Shown here one piece after another: positions 39,610-48,444 of a stretch of 64,000 nt of DNA (its first letter is position 1; every line of letters starts with the position of its first letter). The translations under genes and the position numbers were made by a program. Source of the stretch: a virus; IMG/VR virus record IMGVR_UViG_3300040810_000656, positions 32,993 through 96,992 of that record; one strand, given 5' to 3'. Below the pieces are notes generated by a model that had not been told where the DNA came from, made no database searches, and was given only the letters and a program-made list of their open reading frames with translations.

Positions 39610-39856
39610 CTGAATCAGCTGTAACCTCTGGTGAAACTTCAGTATTTTCTACTTCTGTTTTACTAGATGTGTATTGCTTATATATGTTTTCTAGAGCCTG
39701 AATTTTATTTAAAGTAAACACATAACTTTCAAGAGCCTCATTCAGTTTTGTGACACTATCTGTATCATTAGAAGATGAAACAATACGATTAATCTGAAAA
39801 CCTACTTCTTCAAGAGTATTCTTGTATCTAGAGTGTAGCAGTCCAAAAACTTCCAT
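39599..39856 (-). CDS. Hypothetical protein
   Basis: AAGGAG RBS; helical. Confidence 0.6.
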   Translation of the reverse strand: MEVFGLLHSRYKNTLEEVGFQINRIVSSSNDTDSVTKLNEALESYVFTLNKIQALENIYKQYTSSKTEVENTEVSPEVTADSDEN

Positions 39857-39868
39857 TTAATTCTCCTT

Positions 39869-40327
39869 TTAATTAGTTAAAAACCAAGCTATACCATTTA
39901 GCCTGTTGATTATTTCCTGTTTTTCTACAGCGGTAATACTATGTAATTCTTCCCCTGTTACTTCCATTATAGCCTCTACGAGAAATTCGTCAAGCATCTC
40001 ATACTTTCCCCTCATGGAATCACCAAAGAAATTTTTCGCAGCAGAAACATATATGTCATTAAACTCCTGCTGATTAAAAGAGGACCAATTTGCCATTCTA
40101 TCAGCACACACCATGTTGAAGATTGCAATACTTAGACGATCTTCATCTACTGTAACTATATCGGCAACCTTACTTACCGCACTTGAAACATTCTCTGAAG
40201 GCTGAGATAGTCCTAGATTGACTACCTCAACCTCGTTGAGAACTGTAAGTGTTTCCAGCACATTCTTGCCAAATATGCCGAATAGAATAATCGCAACTCC
40301 AGCAAGACGAAATAGAGCATTATTCAT
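39869..40327 (-). CDS. N-terminally anchored membrane/periplasmic protein
   Basis: RLAGVAIILFGIFG hydrophobic N-terminus. Confidence 0.6.
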   Translation of the reverse strand: MNNALFRLAGVAIILFGIFGKNVLETLTVLNEVEVVNLGLSQPSENVSSAVSKVADIVTVDEDRLSIAIFNMVCADRMANWSSFNQQEFNDIYVSAAKNFFGDSMRGKYEMLDEFLVEAIMEVTGEELHSITAVEKQEIINRLNGIAWFLTN

Positions 40328-40589
40328 TTTTTACCTCGACTAGCATTGGAAATACTTCATCTAATTTATCACATGCCTTATGTAAACTAGCATCATGACA
40401 TGCAATTCGTAGTCTTTCCCATTTTGCAACAATTGCGGTTAGTTTAGCTTCTTTCTTTTGTTTGCTAACTTTTATTCCAGCTAAAAATTTTACAACTTCA
40501 TTCTTGAAAGAGAAGCTTACAAACACAACACCAACAGCAATCATTATCCATTGCGTGGTATCAACTTTACTTAAAAGTTCTGACAACAT
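40320..40589 (-). CDS. Single-TM membrane protein
   Basis: WIMIAVGVVFVSFSF. Confidence 0.6.
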   Translation of the reverse strand: MLSELLSKVDTTQWIMIAVGVVFVSFSFKNEVVKFLAGIKVSKQKKEAKLTAIVAKWERLRIACHDASLHKACDKLDEVFPMLVEVKNE

Positions 40590-40591
40590 TA

Positions 40592-40822
40592 CTACTCGTC
40601 CTTTGCGTTATTACGTGCCCACTTGACTACTGTGTCAATAACTACAGCAACAACTGGAACAAGTAGAGGCCCATAAACACCTAAATCTGCACTTGCTAAA
40701 TTTTCACCAACAAACGTTAAGCCAGCAGCGAGTGCCACAAGAGCAGCATTCTTGCCTAGAACTAGGACATCGTTTACGTTAAGAGAAAACGCTTTTGAGT
40801 CCTGAACAGTTACCTTTGCCAT
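40592..40822 (-). CDS. Two-TM holin-like protein
   Basis: 76 aa; NAALVALAAGLTFVG and VYGPLLVPVVAVVI; charged C-terminus; AAGGAG RBS. Confidence 0.55.
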   Translation of the reverse strand: MAKVTVQDSKAFSLNVNDVLVLGKNAALVALAAGLTFVGENLASADLGVYGPLLVPVVAVVIDTVVKWARNNAKDE

Positions 40823-40833
40823 TTTAAATCTCC

Positions 40834-41124
40834 TTATCGTGATTGTAAAATAAACTCTTTCGCATGATATGGGCATGGCGTACTGTGACCATCCCCATGT
40901 GTTATCTTGCCACTACCCTTACAAGCACACTTATCAGGATCTGGATCTGGTTTCGTGCTGTCTGGTATAATTGGCACAACTGGCACATCCTTGAGCACTT
41001 CTTGTTCAGCAATTTGAAAAGCGTTGTTAGCACTTTTAGTTTTGTCGCTGATATCCTTTTGTATTTCTACATTCTTAACAGTGCAGCCCGCAAGCAACAC
41101 TAATGTCAATAAAAAATATTTCAT
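40834..41124 (-). CDS. Lipoprotein with C-terminal Cys/His metal-binding motif
   Basis: Lipobox LLAG-C; Pro-rich linker; CACKGSG..HGDGH.TPCPYH. Confidence 0.65.
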   Translation of the reverse strand: MKYFLLTLVLLAGCTVKNVEIQKDISDKTKSANNAFQIAEQEVLKDVPVVPIIPDSTKPDPDPDKCACKGSGKITHGDGHSTPCPYHAKEFILQSR

Positions 41125-41127
41125 TCT

Positions 41128-43050
41128 TTAGAATACCTCATCTATGGTCCAATCGACATTACGTGGCGGGAAACCATCTACGTCGCTAAACACCCAAGCA
41201 CCACCACCCCTGAGCATTCCTGCGGCATCACCTTGGCGAATCCAGAAACTGCCGTCTGGCTGGTCAAGTCTCTTAGGACCGCCATTCCACTGGCCCCATG
41301 AATTTTGGACCAAGAATAATGTCTCATTATAAATCTCACGAGAATCATCCATAGCTACCCACGCCATCGCGTGACTCCATGAGCCAGATTTTCTAGCTAT
41401 GCCATGCTTGTCTCTACGTGATGAAAATCCATAACCACTACATACACTTATGGCATATCCATTGGCAATAGCGTCCCGTGCTTCTTCTACGCTACGAATA
41501 TTACTGATTGTTTTTACCTGATGCTTTGCTCCCTCCTTGGTTACATCAGATGGAACACCACGCCTGCCCCATCCAGCACCAAGACTTCCATTATACTTGG
41601 AAAGATCAACAAATCCATAGTCTTTTCTTAGAAGAACGCCGCCCTTTTGGTGTACCCATCGAGCAGCACCAGAACATGACATGCCCTGACCACCATGACC
41701 TCTCGATCCATAAATACCTTCTGTAGCACTTCTTGTAATCCATGACTCACGCTCACCACCAACAATTTCAGTACTACGTGTTACATCAATTGCGTTGCGA
41801 GTGGAGTGACTTACACAATTATGTGCTATGCATCCATTTGCTAAGAAGGCATGTTCTTTGCATTCAACTCCTATATCATAAACTTCATGTGGTCCTTCTT
41901 TTATTTCTGTTGAAGAAACAGGAATATATAGTTCATCATCTTTTACGAACGAATAGTTTTTCTGTTTATCAAAAATACAAATAACTCTATAAGATTGAGT
42001 CTCTTTGTATGCCCCCTTTGCTGATCTATGAAAATAATTTATAGTTGGCTTATAGCCAAGCTTTAAATAAGAATAGTAAACGCCATAAGCTAGGGATATA
42101 GATGATGAATCAAATATTTGTTTTCTACCTTTATTCATTCCGTCTGAAGCTACTAATCCATTAATAATATTAATAGATCCAATGGCCCAATTTGGAAAAA
42201 TCTTTTTCTTGTTATTATCATAACACATTTCTCTTAGGAAAGACGCTAACTCTGGACACCAACATCTTAATCTAAAAGCAGTAGTTTTTGATTTACTGTA
42301 CTCAGATTTTCTTACATTAAATCCAAATTGCGATAAGTATTCAGAGCACATATTAAAAAATGTCTCTTGATGCTCTGCAAATGTTATTTCTAATTGTTTG
42401 TCATCACACCATCCGTCACCAAGAAAATACCCAAGAAACCATTCAAATCCATTTTGCATGAATTTGCTAATAGGTTTTTCTTTTGTTGATAAGCTGGTTG
42501 GTGTAATTAAATAGTCGCCCTTTTTAATTTCCTGTGCTGTTACCCATTTTTTAGTTAGTACTTTAGTAATTGTAGTACCATTTAGGTTTTCTTCTTTTCT
42601 GCCTATTAGAACCCTATGATCAGAAGTAACCTTTAATGGTATACTGCCTCTTGTTTTAATAGTGATCAATGGATTATTAGAAATTTTAACCTGAGTACTA
42701 ATAACCTTCGTAAGTTTACCATTGCTATCATAAATAGTATCGCCAACATTTATGTTATTGATAGTTTCGCAATGATCATTTTTCATAATAATGGTACTAC
42801 CATCAAGGCAGTCACCCGTGACCTGACGTTCGCTTGGACCAAAGCCAGGATCAAACTTTTGTACGTTTTTGTATAACAGCACACGCTTTCCTTCGCCGCT
42901 GCCAACAAGACCCCAAGCAGCAGCACCGAATATAGGATTCGGAAGTTCGCCAAGAAGCTTTGCTGTATCTTCTGGATCACAATAGCCCCCAGTAAATCCA
43001 TTTTTATAGGCGTCAAGTAAGCTTCTTGGTGTATTAAAGTCTACAGACAT
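41128..43050 (-). CDS. Papain-like (C1) cysteine peptidase interrupted by an intein
   Basis: Spliced sequence Q-VTGD-C-VSH (oxyanion Gln and catalytic Cys); HAMAWVA catalytic His; QNSWG catalytic Asn; DGSFWI. Confidence 0.88.
   Translation of the reverse strand: MSVDFNTPRSLLDAYKNGFTGGYCDPEDTAKLLGELPNPIFGAAAWGLVGSGEGKRVLLYKNVQKFDPGFGPSERQVTGDCLDGSTIIMKNDHCETINNINVGDTIYDSNGKLTKVISTQVKISNNPLITIKTRGSIPLKVTSDHRVLIGRKEENLNGTTITKVLTKKWVTAQEIKKGDYLITPTSLSTKEKPISKFMQNGFEWFLGYFLGDGWCDDKQLEITFAEHQETFFNMCSEYLSQFGFNVRKSEYSKSKTTAFRLRCWCPELASFLREMCYDNNKKKIFPNWAIGSINIINGLVASDGMNKGRKQIFDSSSISLAYGVYYSYLKLGYKPTINYFHRSAKGAYKETQSYRVICIFDKQKNYSFVKDDELYIPVSSTEIKEGPHEVYDIGVECKEHAFLANGCIAHNCVSHSTRNAIDVTRSTEIVGGERESWITRSATEGIYGSRGHGGQGMSCSGAARWVHQKGGVLLRKDYGFVDLSKYNGSLGAGWGRRGVPSDVTKEGAKHQVKTISNIRSVEEARDAIANGYAISVCSGYGFSSRRDKHGIARKSGSWSHAMAWVAMDDSREIYNETLFLVQNSWGQWNGGPKRLDQPDGSFWIRQGDAAGMLRGGGAWVFSDVDGFPPRNVDWTIDEVF
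41818..42810 (-). mobile_element. Intein (331 aa) with LAGLIDADG homing endonuclease
   Basis: Starts CLDGST; block B VTSDHRVL; WFLGYFLGDG and INGLVASDG; block F VYDIGVE; ends IAHN before +1 Cys; visibly more AT-rich than the exteins. Confidence 0.95.
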
Positions 43051-44104
43051 TTACTAGCTCCTTAGTTGCGTTCTCCCATGAGAATTTTTTACCAGTTTCT
43101 ATTCCTTTGTGGTTTATTTGCAGCTCGCCAGATTGTTTCTTCTTATGAACATCAAGCATATAGTTCTTTAATTGCTCTATTTGGTTATCAGCGATTTCAG
43201 CCCAAAAACCCACATCACCCCTAAAAAAAACACCATCAAATGCAGTTTCTAAATTATCTATTTCAATAAGCATGGAATTTTCATTATTGCAGAATTCAGT
43301 GTGTGCAGAATAGGCGGTTGTTATAACTGGTTTTCCAATAGTCATCATTTCAAGTACCTCCAGATTCCAGCCTTCAGCCTTAGAGGGGAACACCCCACAA
43401 TCAGCAAGCTTCATGATATTATACACATCTTGATGGGTCTTTTGCCTTGGTATTATGCGTATCTTATGTCCAAGAGGTGAATTTTTGTATAGATTATTCC
43501 AATCATCATTTCTTTTCCCAAGAAATGGATTTTCTGCCATGATCCATAGCTCTACATCGTCATGTTCAGTGAAGGTATCGTTAAATGCTTGTAGCAGTAT
43601 GTCATGACCCTTTCTTTTTTCCCACTTTCCACAATTAAAAAATACAGTAGTAGATCTAATATTTATTGGTACTGGTTTAAAAATATCACTGTCTACGCCA
43701 AGTGGAACAACATGAACTTGTTCATCGTTGAATTTAGTTTCTTCTATTATGATTTCTTTAGCCCACTTAGAGCATACTATGATTTCATCACAATGATGTA
43801 GACTTACTTTTTCGTGGGTGCTAAAATTATTTAACTCAAAGATAGGAAACCCAAAATACTTTCCTCTGCCTATTCGCTGCATTAAATCATGTTGATGCCA
43901 TATTTTTACGCAAGGATATTCTGGATTGTGATATAATTGATTATTTAAAGCCGCATGAACAACGCCAGTTTCATCTACTGGCTCAACCTTGTTCGCTATG
44001 GGGTATAATGTGACACGTTGATTATGTTTATAAAGCTGCTTAGTAAAATTAAGTCCAGCATATCCATATCCAAGTGTATTTATTGGTGCAATCAAATTGA
44101 TCAT
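43034..44104 (-). CDS. GT4 (GT-B) glycosyltransferase
   Basis: VVPLGVD; GKWEKRKGHDIL; ADCGVFPSKAEGWNLEVLEMM. Confidence 0.9.
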   Translation of the reverse strand: MINLIAPINTLGYGYAGLNFTKQLYKHNQRVTLYPIANKVEPVDETGVVHAALNNQLYHNPEYPCVKIWHQHDLMQRIGRGKYFGFPIFELNNFSTHEKVSLHHCDEIIVCSKWAKEIIIEETKFNDEQVHVVPLGVDSDIFKPVPINIRSTTVFFNCGKWEKRKGHDILLQAFNDTFTEHDDVELWIMAENPFLGKRNDDWNNLYKNSPLGHKIRIIPRQKTHQDVYNIMKLADCGVFPSKAEGWNLEVLEMMTIGKPVITTAYSAHTEFCNNENSMLIEIDNLETAFDGVFFRGDVGFWAEIADNQIEQLKNYMLDVHKKKQSGELQINHKGIETGKKFSWENATKELVNVCRL

Positions 44105-44107
44105 TTA

Positions 44108-44935
44108 TTAATCCCTTTTAAATAATTGTAACAGCCTCAAAAATTCTTTTGAATTTTGTTTAGTTATGCTGCCAAAATGATGAAAAATGTGGTTTTTGCT
44201 CCATAAATCTTTTAGCGTTAAGGTTAAGTTTGTATTTCCCCATGTTGTAGAAGATATTGCTTTTCTTGAATCCTCAAAATCAAATAATACATTAACATCA
44301 TGTGAATTTAAATATGTTAAATACGCAGTAAAGAATGTTTCATCAGATATTCCACCATGTTCAACTTTTTCTGTTGTTAATTTATGTATCTCTGCCAATC
44401 CCTCTGGAGTTGAAACATCCCATCCAATAGAGTTAAAAAAGTCTATAAAATTCTCACACCCCTGTCTGCTAAAGGCAAAAAAGTCTGCTGTTGCATCTGT
44501 GTATTGATGCAGGCTTTCTGGTATAGCCATTTCTGTTAGCATTATTTTATTAAGACCATGACAATGTTTAATTTTATCTTTCTCAAATAATTGCTTACTT
44601 GGTTTCCATGTATGAGGAAATACAACATCACTTTTTAAGTGATCTCTAATGTTTATGTGAGGTCTTAAAACAATATAATCTAAATCTGTTACTATCATCA
44701 TGTCATAGTCAGTTTTAAGAAATTCAGACATGTATAGTATTCTAGACGACATCATGCCCCACCAATTATACCCTCTTAAGTCTAAATATTTTTTTATTGA
44801 TGAATTATTTTTGTATGACATGTTACATATTTCAATATCATATCTATGATAGTAATTTTCTAGACTAGCAACTGATTCATCAAACCAAATCGGTTTATCT
44901 TCGTAGCCATCATAATAGTATGCTATTGTTTTCAT
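44108..44935 (-). CDS. Putative GT-A glycosyltransferase (GT8/GT34-like)
   Basis: YDMMIVTDLD DxD; SDETFF; FHHFG. Confidence 0.55.
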   Translation of the reverse strand: MKTIAYYYDGYEDKPIWFDESVASLENYYHRYDIEICNMSYKNNSSIKKYLDLRGYNWWGMMSSRILYMSEFLKTDYDMMIVTDLDYIVLRPHINIRDHLKSDVVFPHTWKPSKQLFEKDKIKHCHGLNKIMLTEMAIPESLHQYTDATADFFAFSRQGCENFIDFFNSIGWDVSTPEGLAEIHKLTTEKVEHGGISDETFFTAYLTYLNSHDVNVLFDFEDSRKAISSTTWGNTNLTLTLKDLWSKNHIFHHFGSITKQNSKEFLRLLQLFKRD

Positions 44936-45642
44936 AGCTTTAACTCCCCATATTGAATTGTTTGCTTGGCTAGTAGATAATTAGGTATAACCTTTGTATA
45001 CGTTTCTTCATTGTTCATTTTATTATTTTTTGACAGTATGTCCATGTAGTCATTGTTTAGCAAATCTAAATTGAAAAAATTACATATCTTTTTGAAGTTG
45101 TTTGTGTCGCTATAAAGATTTTCATATGACATGGTTATAACATTATCAAAATTCTTTATGTAGCTATGCCATTTTTTCACAAGACAAATAATATCTTTTA
45201 CATCTTCAATTGCTTCTTTGATTTGTATTGCTGGTCTTTCTTGATTATAAAATGATTCAATATCATCTTTATCTATGCTATGGTTTCCATGAATATTAAA
45301 AATTTTTTTTGGATTGGTACTGCTCATAAAAAAAGAAACATACTGATCAAATATATTTTCACGATATAGAAATAGTATCTTAGAGGATTTACTTATTATG
45401 TGTTTATGTAGTTCTTCCGTTGCTTGATCATAAACTATGTTTTTCACTACATTAATTTTTTCTGAAATTATGTCTATTTTAGATTTGCTGTTTTCAAGTT
45501 TTTGTAAATCGTGACAGTCACTAAACTGAGTAAATGGCTCATAGATTACTTTTGTTTGATCGTAACTTAAACAGCTATCTTTAATTGCGGTACATAAAAC
45601 AGTAGATCCGCATCTTCCGTATGGACAAAATATCAAATTCAT
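44932..45642 (-). CDS. Sulfotransferase (Stf0-like)
   Basis: 5'-PAPS loop GRCGSTVL; YEPF; LYRENIFDQYVS (3'-phosphate motif); SYENL. Confidence 0.75.
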   Translation of the reverse strand: MNLIFCPYGRCGSTVLCTAIKDSCLSYDQTKVIYEPFTQFSDCHDLQKLENSKSKIDIISEKINVVKNIVYDQATEELHKHIISKSSKILFLYRENIFDQYVSFFMSSTNPKKIFNIHGNHSIDKDDIESFYNQERPAIQIKEAIEDVKDIICLVKKWHSYIKNFDNVITMSYENLYSDTNNFKKICNFFNLDLLNNDYMDILSKNNKMNNEETYTKVIPNYLLAKQTIQYGELKL

Positions 45643-46598
45643 AAAATGTTCTCCAGCTTTGAATGCAGGTCTTTGGCAAAGTAGCTACCGCAAATCCATT
45701 CTTTATTCATGTTAGACAAGTAGTCATGTGTCTGAATGATTAGACTGTCATCTATGAGCTTATAAGCAGCATCTTCTATGTTATCAAAGTAAAAAGGATA
45801 ATCTTCACCAAGATACTCTACAACTGCTGGTATCCTATTTACTAGGATTGGTGTGTTTCTAGCTATAGCTTCGACAATAGCATTATTCGCAGAACTATCA
45901 TAAAGATCTAGGAATATGATACAACTAGAAAGCATATTGTCAAAATCTTCATTGGAAATGTGGCCCATTTTTTTTACTGCTGACCATTGATATTTAGTCT
46001 CCCAAAAAGATAATCTGGTTCTTTCTTCTATAGCCATAAGTGTCGCTGAATAGTTTTCATCTGATGGCAACCAATACTTCTGCCATTTAGTGCCAGTTCG
46101 CAGTTCGCAAATTGCGAACATTTTCCTAAGCCAGTATCCTAACTGCACTACTTTTCTTTTATTGCAAAAGAATAGTTCTGGCTTCCATTTATGCTCTGGC
46201 TTTTCTGTTGGATGCTTAACCGATATAACTGGAACTGGCACTTGCGGTTGTAGCCAATCTTTTAGATAGTCTGAAAGTGTAACTAGAGCCTTGCATGTTT
46301 CAAGAGACTTTTTAAAAACTCCACGATTCAAAATAGCCTGTGGGCTATTGATAAAATCAAACCACTCTGGAACATTCGGCGGGTTATGTAAAAACCCTAT
46401 CCATTGTCTCTTATATGGTAAATTATGTTCATTTTTTTTGAAATATTCTTTTATATTCCAGGCAAAATTTCTTTCTATAAAATCATCTACAAATATGCCG
46501 CTATTAGAATGTAGGGGCTTGAGTGTGTTCATGCAGTAAGACCATCCAGAGCGATGAGCTTTAAAACCTTGAGTCTTTGATAAATCAAGCCTAATCAT
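45639..46598 (-). CDS. GT-B-like glycosyltransferase-related protein
   Basis: WIGFLHNP; SANNAIVEAIARNTPILVN..PAVVEYLG. Confidence 0.6.
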   Translation of the reverse strand: MIRLDLSKTQGFKAHRSGWSYCMNTLKPLHSNSGIFVDDFIERNFAWNIKEYFKKNEHNLPYKRQWIGFLHNPPNVPEWFDFINSPQAILNRGVFKKSLETCKALVTLSDYLKDWLQPQVPVPVISVKHPTEKPEHKWKPELFFCNKRKVVQLGYWLRKMFAICELRTGTKWQKYWLPSDENYSATLMAIEERTRLSFWETKYQWSAVKKMGHISNEDFDNMLSSCIIFLDLYDSSANNAIVEAIARNTPILVNRIPAVVEYLGEDYPFYFDNIEDAAYKLIDDSLIIQTHDYLSNMNKEWICGSYFAKDLHSKLENIL

Positions 46599-47434
46599 AT
46601 TACCTTACTGCCAATCATGCCTTCATAAAATCCAATCTGATATTTACATTTGGTTAACACCAACATCTCAGCGTATTCACCGTCAGATTCTGGGGTTTTT
46701 TCAAATAGCCACCTTGGCATTGTATTATCAAACATTTCTGGACTATTTACAAATCTATCAAAAAGCTCTTTACGCTTATCCCCAATAGATTTATATGAAA
46801 CAGCAAGACCATCTTGATATCCAAGATTATAATAATAATCTGATAAAATATCTATTGTAAGATCTGATTTATCAAGAATTTTAGCTTTAATTAATTTGCT
46901 AGAATAGTATATTTTAAAATGTTCTGACAGTGCGGAAAGAAATAAGCTATTATCTGGACTTATGTGTCTTGGTCCTTTAGTTGGCTTATACATAAATTGA
47001 TTATATGCTCTGCCAGCAATAACGCATCCAACAATACTTGGAAATGAATTATGCTCGTTGGTTATGTCAGACACAACACTGCTGCCAAATTGTAGTTCGT
47101 ATGTGTGATATGTTTTTGAAAATCTAGAATCTAAAGTAGGATACACTGGACCACACAAAACACCAGCGTCCCTGAATAGATTATTAAATGATACTACTCT
47201 GTTTATAAAGTCTTCTGGAACATATGTATCTTCATCAAGTATTGCAACTAAGTCCGCATTAATATTTTGAGGAATTTCACTAACATGAAGATTGTTTACT
47301 TCTCCATCTAGACCATAGTCATGTATTTCTTTACTTAGTCCTGAACAAGGAACCATAAACTCTTTGCGGACTGTTATTTGCTGTGGTCTTTTTCTTTTTT
47401 CTTTTTCAATTATTAATACTACAATATCTTTCAT
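46595..47434 (-). CDS. Degenerate GT2-like protein
   Basis: ADLVAILDEDTYVPEDF; GVLCGPVYP. Confidence 0.55.
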   Translation of the reverse strand: MKDIVVLIIEKEKRKRPQQITVRKEFMVPCSGLSKEIHDYGLDGEVNNLHVSEIPQNINADLVAILDEDTYVPEDFINRVVSFNNLFRDAGVLCGPVYPTLDSRFSKTYHTYELQFGSSVVSDITNEHNSFPSIVGCVIAGRAYNQFMYKPTKGPRHISPDNSLFLSALSEHFKIYYSSKLIKAKILDKSDLTIDILSDYYYNLGYQDGLAVSYKSIGDKRKELFDRFVNSPEMFDNTMPRWLFEKTPESDGEYAEMLVLTKCKYQIGFYEGMIGSKVI

Positions 47435-47436
47435 TT

Positions 47437-47763
47437 TTACCTTATGTTTTTTTCAATCCAAGTTTTCCAAATTGTTTTACTGTATCCAATAAATCTGTCT
47501 TTTTCTTCTTTGTTTTCTTTGAAAACTATAGTTGTTGGTACGGAAGTAATATTCCATTTCTTTTTTAATTCTGGATCTAGATCTATGTCTACTATCGTTA
47601 CTACATGACCGCTTTCTTTTAGTTCATCATAGTATCCAGATTTTAAAAACTCTTTTAGTTTTGTGCAGGGTGGACACCAAGATGCAGAAAAAATTAATAT
47701 GTCATCTGCAAGCACTTTAGACGTTAGTAAAAACACAGCAAAGAATAATAAAAACTTTTTCAT
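47437..47763 (-). CDS. Exported thioredoxin-family protein
   Basis: Signal peptide MKKFLLFFAVFLLTSKVLA; FSASWCPPC; ITSVPT. Confidence 0.88.
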   Translation of the reverse strand: MKKFLLFFAVFLLTSKVLADDILIFSASWCPPCTKLKEFLKSGYYDELKESGHVVTIVDIDLDPELKKKWNITSVPTTIVFKENKEEKDRFIGYSKTIWKTWIEKNIR

Positions 47764-47785
47764 AACAACCTCCTGCAAAAATCGC

Positions 47786-47812
47786 ATCACTCGTACTGTA
47801 TCAGATTAGACA
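47786..47812 (-). promoter_or_regulatory. 27-bp regulatory repeat, copy 1
   Basis: TGTCTAATCTGATACAGTACGAGTGAT; 24/27 identical to 61244-61270. Confidence 0.65.
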
Positions 47813-47813
47813 C

Positions 47814-47850
47814 AAATAAAGAGGAGCGGAAACATTTGTCACCGCCCCTC
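47814..47850 (-). terminator. Intrinsic terminator
   Basis: GAGGGGCGG-loop-CCGCTCCTC then TTTATTT on the minus strand. Confidence 0.75.
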
Positions 47851-47856
47851 AGTAAA

Positions 47857-48444
47857 TCACCCATATCTTGCTTCATCTTCTGGAGTTACGCCAGAAATTG
47901 GAGTTGGTTCTGGCTCAGGTTCCGGCTCGGGTTCTGGCTCGGGTTCTGGCTCAGGCATAGGAGGAGGAACAACGGGTGCTGGGTTATCGCTAGTCTCACG
48001 AACAAGAGCAGCACCAAAAGCACCTGGAGCAGCAGGAGGAAGTGTATCAACTGCTACAAACCTAAGAAAAGCTGGCTCACTTACGTTACCAGCGTCGTCT
48101 ACGTCTACAAGTGCAAGGTTAACATTGTCGTCTTGATTAAAAGACAACTCACCGAGATCGGTGGCCGTTGATGGAAACTCTTTAGTCTCTACTAGGCTAT
48201 CATTTACTTCTACTGTTAAAACACGTTTTACAACGTCTGAATCAACAGCAGCACCGACGGAAAGCTTATAAACTAGCATTGGATCTCCTTTGATCAAAGT
48301 TTGAATAAAACCCACAGGAACATTTACAAAACTTTTTTTTGACTTAAAATTAATAGCGAACAAAATTAAAGTCTGAACAGCAATAATGCTCCACAGAAAA
48401 TAATGTTGATTGTCACCATACCATGTAATAAGTTCTTTAGTCAT
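47857..48444 (-). CDS. Ig/FnIII-like protein with N-terminal TM segment and Pro-Glu repeat tail
   Basis: FLWSIIAVQTLILFAI; VDVDDAGNVSEP...DTLPPAAP; (PE)n; second strong start at 48279. Confidence 0.6.
   Translation of the reverse strand: MTKELITWYGDNQHYFLWSIIAVQTLILFAINFKSKKSFVNVPVGFIQTLIKGDPMLVYKLSVGAAVDSDVVKRVLTVEVNDSLVETKEFPSTATDLGELSFNQDDNVNLALVDVDDAGNVSEPAFLRFVAVDTLPPAAPGAFGAALVRETSDNPAPVVPPPMPEPEPEPEPEPEPEPEPTPISGVTPEDEARYG
47905..47955 (-). repeat. Degenerate 6-bp tandem repeat encoding (Pro-Glu)8
   Basis: CCNGAR units with synonymous variation. Confidence 0.85.

Noticed and set aside
47905-47955. Phase-variable microsatellite
   Set aside because: Unit length is a multiple of 3 and the codons vary synonymously, so it is a protein-level repeat
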